DNA from: an uncultured Burkholderiales bacterium
GTDB taxonomy: Bacteria > Bacteroidota > Bacteroidia > UBA8524
Length of the DNA: 64,000 bases
Direction: 5' to 3'
Assembly (NCBI GenBank): GCA_964584305.1
Contig: CAZOZL010000004.1
Coordinates: 258,616-322,615, forward strand
This document shows positions 1-9,382 of the stretch, in pieces (position 1 is the first letter of the stretch; every line of letters starts with the position of its first letter). The notes under the pieces are model-generated. The model did no database searches, had not been told where the DNA came from, and was given only the letters and a program-made list of their open reading frames with translations. A program made the position numbers and the translations under genes.

Positions 1-208
1 GCTATATAGGTTTTTTAAAGGTTCGGGCATAGTGCAAAGATAATTTTAGAATTACTCAGCAAACATTTTAGATGGTTTTTTAATACACTATTTTAAACTT
101 ACCCTGTAAAGTATGCTCGTTTGCTTCACACAACAAATAAATTCTATAAACACAAACCTGTAAGTATGGGTATATATCTATAAATTCGCAGAAAAATTAC
201 TCAAAAAA

Positions 209-1765
209 ATGACTTCTTCAGCTTCAACATTCAACATAAAAGAAATACTAAATACACTTGGCGTAAAAGAGTTAAACGATGCTGCCAGTACTGGGCAAGT
301 TTGGGGACACCCAATGAACCCTGAAATACGTGAAATATACTCGCCTGTTGATGGTGAGTTAATTGCCAAAGTGAGCATGGCAACTGAAAATGAATACAAT
401 TTTGTGGTAGGCAAAGCACAAGATGCCTTTGAAATATGGCACAAAATGCCTGCCCCAAAACGTGGGGAAATTGTGCGCCAATACGGTAATAAATTGCGCG
501 AGTATAAAGACCCATTGGGTAGGCTGGTAAGTTATGAAATGGGTAAAATATACCAAGAGGGCTTAGGGGAAGTACAAGAAATGATAGATATCTGCGATTT
601 TGCAGTAGGCTTATCTCGCCAGCTTAATGGGCTAACTATGCATAGCGAACGCCCAAACCATAGAATGTATGAACAATACCATCCACTGGGTATAGTGGGT
701 ATAATATCGGCTTTTAATTTTCCTGTGGCAGTGTGGAGTTGGAACGCTATGATAGCCGCCGTTTGTGGTGATGTGAGTATATGGAAACCATCAGAAAAAA
801 CACCTTTAACGGCTGTTGCTTGTATGAATTTGATGGCAGATGTATTAAAGGATAATAATTTACCAGAAGGTATTTTTAATATGCTTATTGGTGATTATAA
901 AATTGGTGAATTAATGAGCCACGATGAGCGGATGCCTTTAGTATCAGCAACAGGCTCTACCCGTATGGGTAAAAAAGTAGGGGCAGCTGTGGGTGCTAGG
1001 TTAGGAAAATCATTGTTAGAACTGGGCGGAAACAATGCCATTATTATTAGTGAAAATGCTAATTTAGATATTGCCCTTCGGGCAGTAATATTTGGTGCGG
1101 CAGGTACTTGCGGGCAGCGTTGCACATCAACCCGCCGTATAATAGTGCATACAGATATTTATGATAATTTTAAAAATTTATTGGCAAAGGCTTACCCGCA
1201 ATTACGTATAGGTAATTCGCTAAATCCCGATACTTTGGTAGGTCCTTTAATTGATAAAGATGCCGTAAATAGTTATACTAATGCTATTGCCCAAATTAAA
1301 GAACAAGGGGGCACTATACTTTGTGGTGCTGAGGTATTGAGTGGAGAGAAATATGCTTCTGGCTGCTATGTAAAACCTACTATTGCCGAGGTAGAAAACC
1401 ATTACCCAATTGTGCAAGCCGAAACTTTTGCGCCTATTTTGTATATGATTAAATATACTAACCTTGAAGAAGCAATAGCCCTACAAAACGGAGTGAAACA
1501 AGGATTAAGTTCGGCTATATTCTCTACCAATATGTTAGAAACCGAGCAATTCCTTACACATTGGGGTAGCGATTGCGGCATAGCTAATGTAAATATAGGC
1601 ACATCAGGTGCTGAAATTGGAGGTGCTTTTGGTGGTGAAAAAGAAACAGGCGGAGGGCGCGAAAGCGGCTCTGATGCTTGGAAAATATATATGCGCCGCC
1701 AAACAAATACTATAAATTACGGTAGCGAACTTCCCTTGGCACAAGGCTTACATTTTGATATTTAA
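209..1765 (+). CDS. Aldehyde dehydrogenase, ALDH7 (antiquitin) type: alpha-aminoadipic semialdehyde / piperideine-6-carboxylate dehydrogenase
   Basis: 518 aa, full-length ALDH fold. Matches my memory of ALDH7A1 along the whole protein ([68 protein letters not shown]). Confidence 0.85.
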   Translation: [518 protein letters not shown]

Positions 1766-1783
1766 TATTGTTTTAGTGGGTTA

Positions 1784-2766
1784 ATGCCTATCACAAAAAA
1801 GCATATCGTTACTTGCACTATTGCATTTATTCTTATTTTGACTTGCTACAAAAGCAAAGCTCAAAATATAGAAAAATGTGGTATGCGCCCATACACCCCT
1901 TTACAGGTTTTGTATGGGCGCATACCCCAAAAATAAACAACCTTAAAGCATCTATTTATGGTAGCAGTATTGATTTTAGATTTAAAACTGCTACCTATAA
2001 ACAATGGCATAGACTATACCAGCAACCCACTTGGGGCGTGCGGTTTTATTACGCATATTTGGGCAGTCCCAATATAGTAGGGGCTGCTTATGGTATTTTA
2101 CCCTATATAGAACTACCTGTTATTAAAAAAAATAAATGGGCATGGAGTATTAGAGGGTCAACGGGTTTGGGCTATATAACAAAACCTTTTAATGCGGTTG
2201 ATAATCCTACTAATGCTACTGTAGGTTCAGCCATTAATGCTAATATGGGTGCGCACGGTGTTTTAAGTGTTTTTCTTAACCCACATACAGAAATCACGCT
2301 AATGGGGGGTATTACCCATTTTTCTAACGGTAATACTAAGCTACCCAACTGGGGCTTAACTTACCCGATGCCACATTGGGACTCACCTATTATTTAGGCA
2401 AAAAAGTAGTGGGAAAGGAAGCACCAGATAATCTGGATATTTTTGACACGTTGAAACACGAGTATAGCATTACTTTAATAGGTGGCGGTAAAACACTAGT
2501 TTTTTATATACCAATTGGGTAATACCTGTATCGTTTCAGTTTAAATATACCCGTCGTTTATCAACCAAAAGTAAACTGGGCGGTGGTATAGATTTGTTTT
2601 ATGATGAAGGAAATTTCTTTTCAGAACAAAATATAAGAAGAAATGGTTTTGAAAACGCATTTGAAGCAGGTTTAAAAATCTCGTATGAATTAAAAATAAA
2701 TCGCTTATCGTTTATAAGTGATGCAGGCATTTTCTTGCAGCAGGTTTCAACCTGCCGCAATTCATA
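1784..2766 (+). pseudogene. Disrupted outer-membrane protein gene (possibly acyloxyacyl hydrolase / PagL-like beta-barrel); signal peptide plus three out-of-frame segments
   Basis: A signal peptide ORF (MPITKKHIVTCTIAFILILTCYKSKAQ) starts at 1784 in frame 2 and hits a stop at about 1936. The body continues in frame 1 (ORF 1813-2397), then in two more frames (2400-2522 and about 2462-2766, ending IFLQQVSTCRNS). The segments are contiguous and non-overlapping, consistent with one ancestral gene of about 330 aa. Product family is uncertain. Confidence 0.5.
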
Positions 2767-2775
2767 ACCTTAAAC
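2736..2775. repeat. Hairpin repeat element, copy A (GCAGCAGGTTTCAACCTGCCGCAATTCATAACC)
   Basis: Inverted repeat gcagcagg/cctgccgc. The same 27-29 nt motif recurs at 45431-45458 and the stem recurs at 32862-32884. Confidence 0.6.
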
Positions 2776-2916
2776 AAAAACTTTATGTATAAAATGGTCA
2801 TAAATGCCTATTTGCTAAAGGCTTATTTTTTTTTGGTCTTTACTTTTTTGCTTGTTGATATATTAATAACAATACAACCCTTACCTGAACGTTATTCTTA
2901 TAACTTCGCAAAACCT

Positions 2917-5193
2917 ATGCGCACTATGATATGGCTCGTTTTATTTCAATTTATTGCTGGTGCAATGAATGCACAGTATAAAGACTACCCCAAACTTGAA
3001 AAACTTTTTTTGGCAGAGAAGTACAACAAGTGCATTAGCAAAGCAGGAAAATATGCTAAAAAAAATCGTAAAGAATTAATACCACAGGTATATATAATGA
3101 AAAGCTGGCTAAAAATTAGTGAGGACTATAATCACAAAGCCTATAAAAGAGCGATAAATAAAGCCATAACAGCAGCACGAAGAATTAGACGTAAAGATGT
3201 TGATGATGTACTTTACGATAAATACACTGATGATTTTATTGATTTACAATTAAAAGCCTTTGAAAAAGCGGATGCTGATGTTGCTGATGGAAAGTGTAAC
3301 AAAGCCATTAGAATTTATAATAAATTAAACGAAATTTTTGACGATGCAGCCAGTGCCTACAAAAAAAGTGTATGCCTTTTGGAAAATGATTTTAAAAAGA
3401 AAGAAGGTTTTATATTACTACGCAATACCATGCTGCGCTTGTATAGCCTCTATAAAAAAGGAGAATACTATGCTACATTGCCCGCAGGGTTCGCTCGCCT
3501 GTCAAAAGAATACTTAGCCCGTCGGTATTTTGTAAATGCCGAAGGAACGCTAAAAAGAGGAGTCGAGGTTTTTCCAAACGATACATCGCTACGCAACGAA
3601 GCAGTGCGACAAGCAACTTTGCAGTACAATGCACTTGTAACATCAGACTATGAAAAAGATTTATTAAAACTACACACAAAACTACTTTGGGTAAACAGTA
3701 ATTTTAAAAACTACCCTCCCGCCGAAGCCATGTTAAAGGAAACGGACAGGCGCATTATACTACAGTACATAAAGTTTGAATACACCACCACCGATAAAGT
3801 AATGGGTTTTATCCAGCAAATACAAAAGCAAAACCCACAACAAAATACTCATGATAGCATTAGCGAGTACTTAATATCGCTCTACAACCACAAAGATATT
3901 CGCCGTATTTACGGTGCATTAAACAATCTTACCAATACCCTAATTTCTTTTAATAAAACACCTGCTACTAAAGCTAATTTGCCCATAGCCAAGTATGTTT
4001 TTAATTTTATTTTAAACAAAGGTAATTATGAGGTAGCCGCCCACTTTATTAAACAAGCGAAAAAACTATATCCCAAAGACAGAAAGATGTTAAAAGCCAT
4101 GCAACAATCGCTTGAAAATATTTTAATAGAGTTGCTTACTGATATAGAAAAAGATGAGGTTGCAATAGACTTGGCAAAGAAGTTTACAAGCATTGCCCCA
4201 AAAAATAAAAAATTAACACAATTAGAACAACAACTATATATTGATGTATTAAACCAGCATAGTAGTGACAGCAATTACTCGGCATTTTTTACCATAGCCA
4301 ATAGAGGTTTAGCTCGTTTCCCAACCAATGCAGCCATAAAAAAGCTAAAAAAAGAAATGGTGGTAAAAGATTTTAAGCAAAACTATATTCCTAATCTTAT
4401 TACCAATTATAAAGAGATGAAGGTGATTACCCATACACCCACCTGCACACACGGTAAGGTAGCACCTGCGGCAAACACTAAATTTATTAATTTATTAAAC
4501 TATTTGCGTCGCCAAGCGGGCGTATATGATAGTTGTTTTTTAGATGGTGAATTAAACGAGATGGCGCAACAAGCATCGCTAATGATGAAGATAAGAAATA
4601 CCATAAGCCACAGCCCCGATAGTACTTGGAAATGCTATACATGGAAAGGGAAAAAAGCAGCAGGTAGTAGTAATTTATCGTTTGGTCACGCTGGTACAGA
4701 TGCTTTATTGGGGCAAATGGAAGATAACGGACTTGGTAATGGCTCGGTGGGGCATCGCAGGTGGATATTGAACCCGCTAAACAAAGTATTTGGACATGGC
4801 AGTACCAGCAATACCATGACTTTATACGTTTTTGGAAAATACTTTAAAAATGACCCTATAAAAAACCAAAACCCTGATTGGGATGATACGCAATTTATAA
4901 GCTGGCCACCAAAAGACTATGCCCCGCTTACCTTAGTGCCCAAGCGTTGGAGTTTCTCATTAGAAAACGCCGATTTTGGCAAAGCAAAAATTAGTGTAAC
5001 AAAAAAAGGGAAACGTGTAAAAATTAGACCTGAAAAAGTGAGTAATGGCTACGCCCTAAATACCTGTGTATGGCAAATGAAAACACCTATAAAAGCAGGC
5101 GATGTTTACAAAATAATTATTAAAAATGTTGGGGTGCTAAACCAAAGCAAACCTAAAACATTTACCTATACTATTGAGGTGTTAGATTTGTAG
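2917..5193 (+). CDS. Large secreted hypothetical protein, helical N-region, possible C-terminal CAP/SCP-like domain
   Basis: The ORF track gives 2785-5193. The internal start MRTMIWLVLFQFIAGAMNA-QY is a clean signal peptide at 2917. The C-terminus (SNLSFGHAGTDALL...GHRRWILNPLNKVFGHG) loosely resembles CAP-domain motifs. No confident family assignment. Confidence 0.55.
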   Translation: MRTMIWLVLFQFIAGAMNAQYKDYPKLEKLFLAEKYNKCISKAGKYAKKNRKELIPQVYIMKSWLKISEDYNHKAYKRAINKAITAARRIRRKDVDDVLYDKYTDDFIDLQLKAFEKADADVADGKCNKAIRIYNKLNEIFDDAASAYKKSVCLLENDFKKKEGFILLRNTMLRLYSLYKKGEYYATLPAGFARLSKEYLARRYFVNAEGTLKRGVEVFPNDTSLRNEAVRQATLQYNALVTSDYEKDLLKLHTKLLWVNSNFKNYPPAEAMLKETDRRIILQYIKFEYTTTDKVMGFIQQIQKQNPQQNTHDSISEYLISLYNHKDIRRIYGALNNLTNTLISFNKTPATKANLPIAKYVFNFILNKGNYEVAAHFIKQAKKLYPKDRKMLKAMQQSLENILIELLTDIEKDEVAIDLAKKFTSIAPKNKKLTQLEQQLYIDVLNQHSSDSNYSAFFTIANRGLARFPTNAAIKKLKKEMVVKDFKQNYIPNLITNYKEMKVITHTPTCTHGKVAPAANTKFINLLNYLRRQAGVYDSCFLDGELNEMAQQASLMMKIRNTISHSPDSTWKCYTWKGKKAAGSSNLSFGHAGTDALLGQMEDNGLGNGSVGHRRWILNPLNKVFGHGSTSNTMTLYVFGKYFKNDPIKNQNPDWDDTQFISWPPKDYAPLTLVPKRWSFSLENADFGKAKISVTKKGKRVKIRPEKVSNGYALNTCVWQMKTPIKAGDVYKIIIKNVGVLNQSKPKTFTYTIEVLDL

Positions 5194-5197
5194 AGTA

Positions 5198-6616
5198 TTA
5201 TTTCCCTCTACCCTGCACCATTATTAATACTGTGTAGATTAAGATTTTAATATCTACTGCAAGGCTAATATTTTCTATATACAAAAGGTCGAACTTTAGG
5301 CGTTCTATCATCTGTTTCACGTTTTCGGCATAGCCGTATTTTACCTGCCCCCAACTGGTAATACCAGGGCGCACTTTGTGCAAATGCTTGTACTGGGGTG
5401 CTTCTTTAACAATTAAGTCTATAAAATGCTGACGTTCGGGGCGTGGACCTACCAAACTCATATCGCCTACTATTACATTAAAAAACTGGGGAATTTCATC
5501 CAATCGGGTTTTACGTAAAAAACGACCTATTGGGGTTACTCTGTTATCTTTTTCTTTTGCTAACTGTGGTCCACTTTTTTCGGCATCTACCTGCATACTG
5601 CGAAACTTAATAATTTTAAACGGTTTACCGTGCCAGCCTATACGTTCTTGCAAATAGAATATCGCTCCTTTTGAAGTGAAACGAACTGCCAGTGCTATTG
5701 CCAAAAACAACGGAAATCCTACCAGTATAACAAAAATCGAGAAAAAAATATCAATCAACCGTTTAGCAGATTGCTGCCATACAGGCATTATTTCTGTTTT
5801 TATTTCAATAAGCGGTGGTCCAAGTATATGATTTACCCGCACAGTACCCGATATAATATCGTACATATCAGGAATAATTTTAATTTTTACCCTTTCGCCT
5901 TCCAGCTCGTTCATTATGCTTTGCAGCAAATAATGCTCTGATGTTTCAATAGCTATAATTACCTCTTGTATCTCTTTATCAGTAATTACCTTTTTTATAT
6001 CTAATACGCTACCCAAACAGGCTAAATACCCTCCAAACTTGCCTTTTCCATCTTTTTCAGTTTTTATAAATCCTTTAAAAAAGAACCCTTCTGATTTTTT
6101 TCTCTCTTCCAAATCATTATATAAATCTAAAGCTCTTTGGTTGCTGCCAATTACCAACGTATTAAAACCATAAATACGTTTCTGTATTTTTCGTTTTGTG
6201 CTTGTAGCTATGGTATAGCGGGGTATAACTGTTAAAAAAAATTGCAGACCAAACAATACTAAAAACGATTTATAATAATCGGTATAGGAGTTTACATAAT
6301 CATCTAACAAAAGAAAAAAGAATAATAATAAAACCCCTAAAATACTGGTGTTAAAGGCATATACAATATCTCTTAACCGTGAACGCACAACTATCTCTTT
6401 ATAGTTGCCCGTGAGTGTGTACATTATCAACCAACAAAGCGGTACGAACAATAGCCCCTTAAACAGGGTAGTATCATTAGGTTCAAATGGAATATCAAAC
6501 CCGAAAATTGATGATTCAATGTATTTTTTGCGGTAAACAAAAAATAATGTCCATGTAGCTGCCGAAGCTAAAAAATCCCAAAATATGTAGGTAAAGCGCA
6601 GTTTGGCTTTATTCAC
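5198..6616 (-). CDS. Undecaprenyl-phosphate sugar phosphotransferase (WbaP/EpsB-like bacterial sugar transferase), polysaccharide biosynthesis initiation
   Basis: N-terminal transmembrane helices. The C-terminal domain has the bacterial sugar transferase signature (KPFKIIKFRSM...RLDEIPQFFNVIVGDMSLVGPRPE). Confidence 0.85.
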   Translation of the reverse strand: MNKAKLRFTYIFWDFLASAATWTLFFVYRKKYIESSIFGFDIPFEPNDTTLFKGLLFVPLCWLIMYTLTGNYKEIVVRSRLRDIVYAFNTSILGVLLLFFFLLLDDYVNSYTDYYKSFLVLFGLQFFLTVIPRYTIATSTKRKIQKRIYGFNTLVIGSNQRALDLYNDLEERKKSEGFFFKGFIKTEKDGKGKFGGYLACLGSVLDIKKVITDKEIQEVIIAIETSEHYLLQSIMNELEGERVKIKIIPDMYDIISGTVRVNHILGPPLIEIKTEIMPVWQQSAKRLIDIFFSIFVILVGFPLFLAIALAVRFTSKGAIFYLQERIGWHGKPFKIIKFRSMQVDAEKSGPQLAKEKDNRVTPIGRFLRKTRLDEIPQFFNVIVGDMSLVGPRPERQHFIDLIVKEAPQYKHLHKVRPGITSWGQVKYGYAENVKQMIERLKFDLLYIENISLAVDIKILIYTVLIMVQGRGK

Positions 6617-7475
6617 GATACATTAGTTTTAAATTATCTAAAAACACTTCTCCCAAAATACTTTCATCGCCATTTACAGCTCTAAAATATACTCGATACT
6701 TTGTCCCTGGGGGAGCATTTATTAGCTCATCGTTTAGATATACGTATGCTTTTTGCCATGTACCATTAGTAGCAAATGGGCGAACCGAGGGTAAAATAGA
6801 CCTTGAGCCCGATGTGGTATGCTCAACTAATCCCACCGTAATAGCTATTGATGATTTATAGTGAAATTCTAAATAAATATCACGCCTATCACGAGGCAAG
6901 GTAAACTGATCTTGTGTTTCGATACTAAAAAAAGGGTCTATAATATTGCCCATATTTATATAGGCATATAGTGAGGTATCTACCCCAACCCCTCTACTTT
7001 TAGTAATAAAAATAGTATCAATAGTACTTTGGTTAGTATCTACCATTATAGATTTGGTGTTGGCATTAAAATCATCCAACCACTCAAATTTTGTATTGCT
7101 TTGATACCTAAAAACAGGGCTAACGGTATCTACTTCCCCTTCTACCAAAACGGCACTTTCAAAATAGCCACCCATTAGGCTATAATTTACCAAACCTTCG
7201 CGTGCAAAGCGTTTTATAAATGGGCGTACTTCTATTGTGAAACTTCCTTTTCTTAATACTGGAAAGGTAACTGGGACTTCAAAAATTCCTTCTAAATTAT
7301 CGTTAATATAAATACCCACATGGTTAATATTTTGCAGGTCTGTACCTTGCCCGTTGCCTACCTTAAATGTTGGTTTTTTAACGTGTATATAGGCGGGTAT
7401 CTCAATATCTTTTTTACAAGAATTAAGAAATACGCCAAAAGAAAACAGCACTAAAAAAAAAATATTTTTACGCAT
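6609..7475 (-). CDS. Hypothetical lipoprotein
   Basis: Signal peptide with lipobox (FLNSCKK). Co-directional and overlapping by 8 nt with the sugar transferase gene. No recognisable domain. Confidence 0.5.
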   Translation of the reverse strand: MRKNIFFLVLFSFGVFLNSCKKDIEIPAYIHVKKPTFKVGNGQGTDLQNINHVGIYINDNLEGIFEVPVTFPVLRKGSFTIEVRPFIKRFAREGLVNYSLMGGYFESAVLVEGEVDTVSPVFRYQSNTKFEWLDDFNANTKSIMVDTNQSTIDTIFITKSRGVGVDTSLYAYINMGNIIDPFFSIETQDQFTLPRDRRDIYLEFHYKSSIAITVGLVEHTTSGSRSILPSVRPFATNGTWQKAYVYLNDELINAPPGTKYRVYFRAVNGDESILGEVFLDNLKLMYRE

Positions 7476-7531
7476 AAGGGATACAAAAATATGATTATTT
7501 AAACAGACAACGAAAAAACAATGATTGTGGA

Positions 7532-8509
7532 CTACACACGCATCATATTTATTTTATCTATTATTTCATAGGCTACCTGCATAGCATTATATCCATCTTC
7601 TATGGTTACGGCTGTTTGAGTATTGGTGGCAATGGATTGGCTGAATAACTCCAACTCCTTTTTAATAGAATTTATGGCTTCAATATCAGGCGATTCAAAA
7701 TAAATAATTTTTTTACCTTTATCTTCTCCTAAGTCTAAAACAACTGAGTAGGGGTTTTCTTGCCCTTTGGCTTCCTCTAAACGAAAAACCTCCATCTTCT
7801 TTTTCAAAAAATCTATAGTTATGTAGGCATCTTGCTGAAACATACGGGTTTTACGCATATTTTTAAGCGATATACGGCTTGCCGTTAGGTTGGCTACACA
7901 ACCATTGTCAAATTCTATTCTGGCGTTGGCAATATCAGGCATATCACTTACTACTGAAACTCCGCTGGCACTAATACGCTTTATATTTGATTTTACTACA
8001 CTTAGCGTAATATCAATATCGTGTATCATCAAATCTAATACTACGCTCACATCAGTCCCTCTGGGATTAAATTCAGCCAAGCGATGCGTTTCTATAAACA
8101 TAGGTTTCATATCGTATTGTTGTGCTGCCAAAAAAGCGGGATTAAACCGCTCCACATGACCTACCTGCACTTTCACATCGGCTTCGTGTGCAAGTGCAAC
8201 TAAGTCCTTTGCCTCCGCCATATTATTGGCTAAAGGTTTTTCTATAAAAACGTGTTTGCCTAATTTTATAGCGGTAATAGCACTCTCGTAATGGTTAAAC
8301 GTGGGGGTTACAATATCAACAGCATCTACGGCTGCTAAAAGGGCATCAAAACTATCAAAACGAGGAATTTTATACTCTTCGATAACTTTCGCCGAATTTT
8401 CGTCGCTATTATCTACAAACCCTACTAAATCAAACGCTGGAATTTCTTTTAACAAACGAATGTGGATTTTCCCTAAGTGTCCTGCTCCTATTACTCCGAT
8501 TTTTATCAT
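7532..8509 (-). CDS. Gfo/Idh/MocA family NAD(P)-dependent oxidoreductase
   Basis: Rossmann motif MIKIGVIGAGHLGKIHIRLL at the likely start (internal Met of the track ORF 7532-8590). EKPLA motif and dehydrogenase C-terminal domain. Confidence 0.8.
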   Translation of the reverse strand: MIKIGVIGAGHLGKIHIRLLKEIPAFDLVGFVDNSDENSAKVIEEYKIPRFDSFDALLAAVDAVDIVTPTFNHYESAITAIKLGKHVFIEKPLANNMAEAKDLVALAHEADVKVQVGHVERFNPAFLAAQQYDMKPMFIETHRLAEFNPRGTDVSVVLDLMIHDIDITLSVVKSNIKRISASGVSVVSDMPDIANARIEFDNGCVANLTASRISLKNMRKTRMFQQDAYITIDFLKKKMEVFRLEEAKGQENPYSVVLDLGEDKGKKIIYFESPDIEAINSIKKELELFSQSIATNTQTAVTIEDGYNAMQVAYEIIDKINMMRV

Positions 8510-8533
8510 ACCTAATGGTTTACATTTGCAAAA

Positions 8534-9241
8534 ATGATAATAAAGCCCGTACAAGGTTTTATTTATTTTCAACTTTTGTGTATAAACCAAGTGATAAAGG
8601 ACACCTATAAATATAAAGGACAGCGCAAACGGCTGGTAGAACTACTACAAAGTAAGGGTATTACTGATGCTGTTGTACTAAATGCTATGCTACAAGTACC
8701 TCGCCATTTCTTTTTTAGTAAAGAGTTTGAAGACTTTGCCTACGAGGATAAAGCATTTCCTATTGAAGATGGACAAACAATTTCACAACCCTATACAGTT
8801 GCCTACCAAAGTCAACTATTACAACTAAAAAAAGGATTGAAAGTATTGGAAATTGGTACAGGTAGTGGCTATCAGGCTTCTGTATTGGCGCAAGCGGGTG
8901 CGCAGGTTTTCACTATAGAACGCCAAAAAGGATTGTATGAAAAAGCCCAACCTATGCTAAAAAGTATGGGATATAATAATATACATTTTTACTACGGTGA
9001 TGGCACAATGGGCTTATCAGAGTATGCCCCCTACAACCGTATAATAGTTACGGCAGGTGCGCCTGCTGTACCCCGTGCGTTGGTAAACCAACTAAGTGAA
9101 AACGGTGTACTGGTGATACCCGTAGGCACTGCTGAAACACAAAAAATGCTGCGTATTACCAAACTACCCAATAAGGAACTGAGAAAGGAAACATTTAAAA
9201 ATTTTGCATTTGTACCCTTATTAGGTGAGGATGGGTGGTAA
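8534..9241 (+). CDS. pcm: Protein-L-isoaspartate O-methyltransferase
   Basis: SAM-binding motif VLEIGTGSGYQASVLA and N-terminal ...AMLQVPRHFF. The true start is probably an internal GTG near 8591. Confidence 0.85.
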   Translation: MIIKPVQGFIYFQLLCINQVIKDTYKYKGQRKRLVELLQSKGITDAVVLNAMLQVPRHFFFSKEFEDFAYEDKAFPIEDGQTISQPYTVAYQSQLLQLKKGLKVLEIGTGSGYQASVLAQAGAQVFTIERQKGLYEKAQPMLKSMGYNNIHFYYGDGTMGLSEYAPYNRIIVTAGAPAVPRALVNQLSENGVLVIPVGTAETQKMLRITKLPNKELRKETFKNFAFVPLLGEDGW

Positions 9242-9382
9242 AGCTAATGTGGGTTTGGTATAATTTTTTCGTTTGTATTTTAATAATGTTGCGATGCTTG
9301 TACAACGCTTCCCCTTCCTTAGGTAAAGAAATTGCCTACATTACAAACTCTATATTAGTACTGCACAGATTGCCACGCTAAC

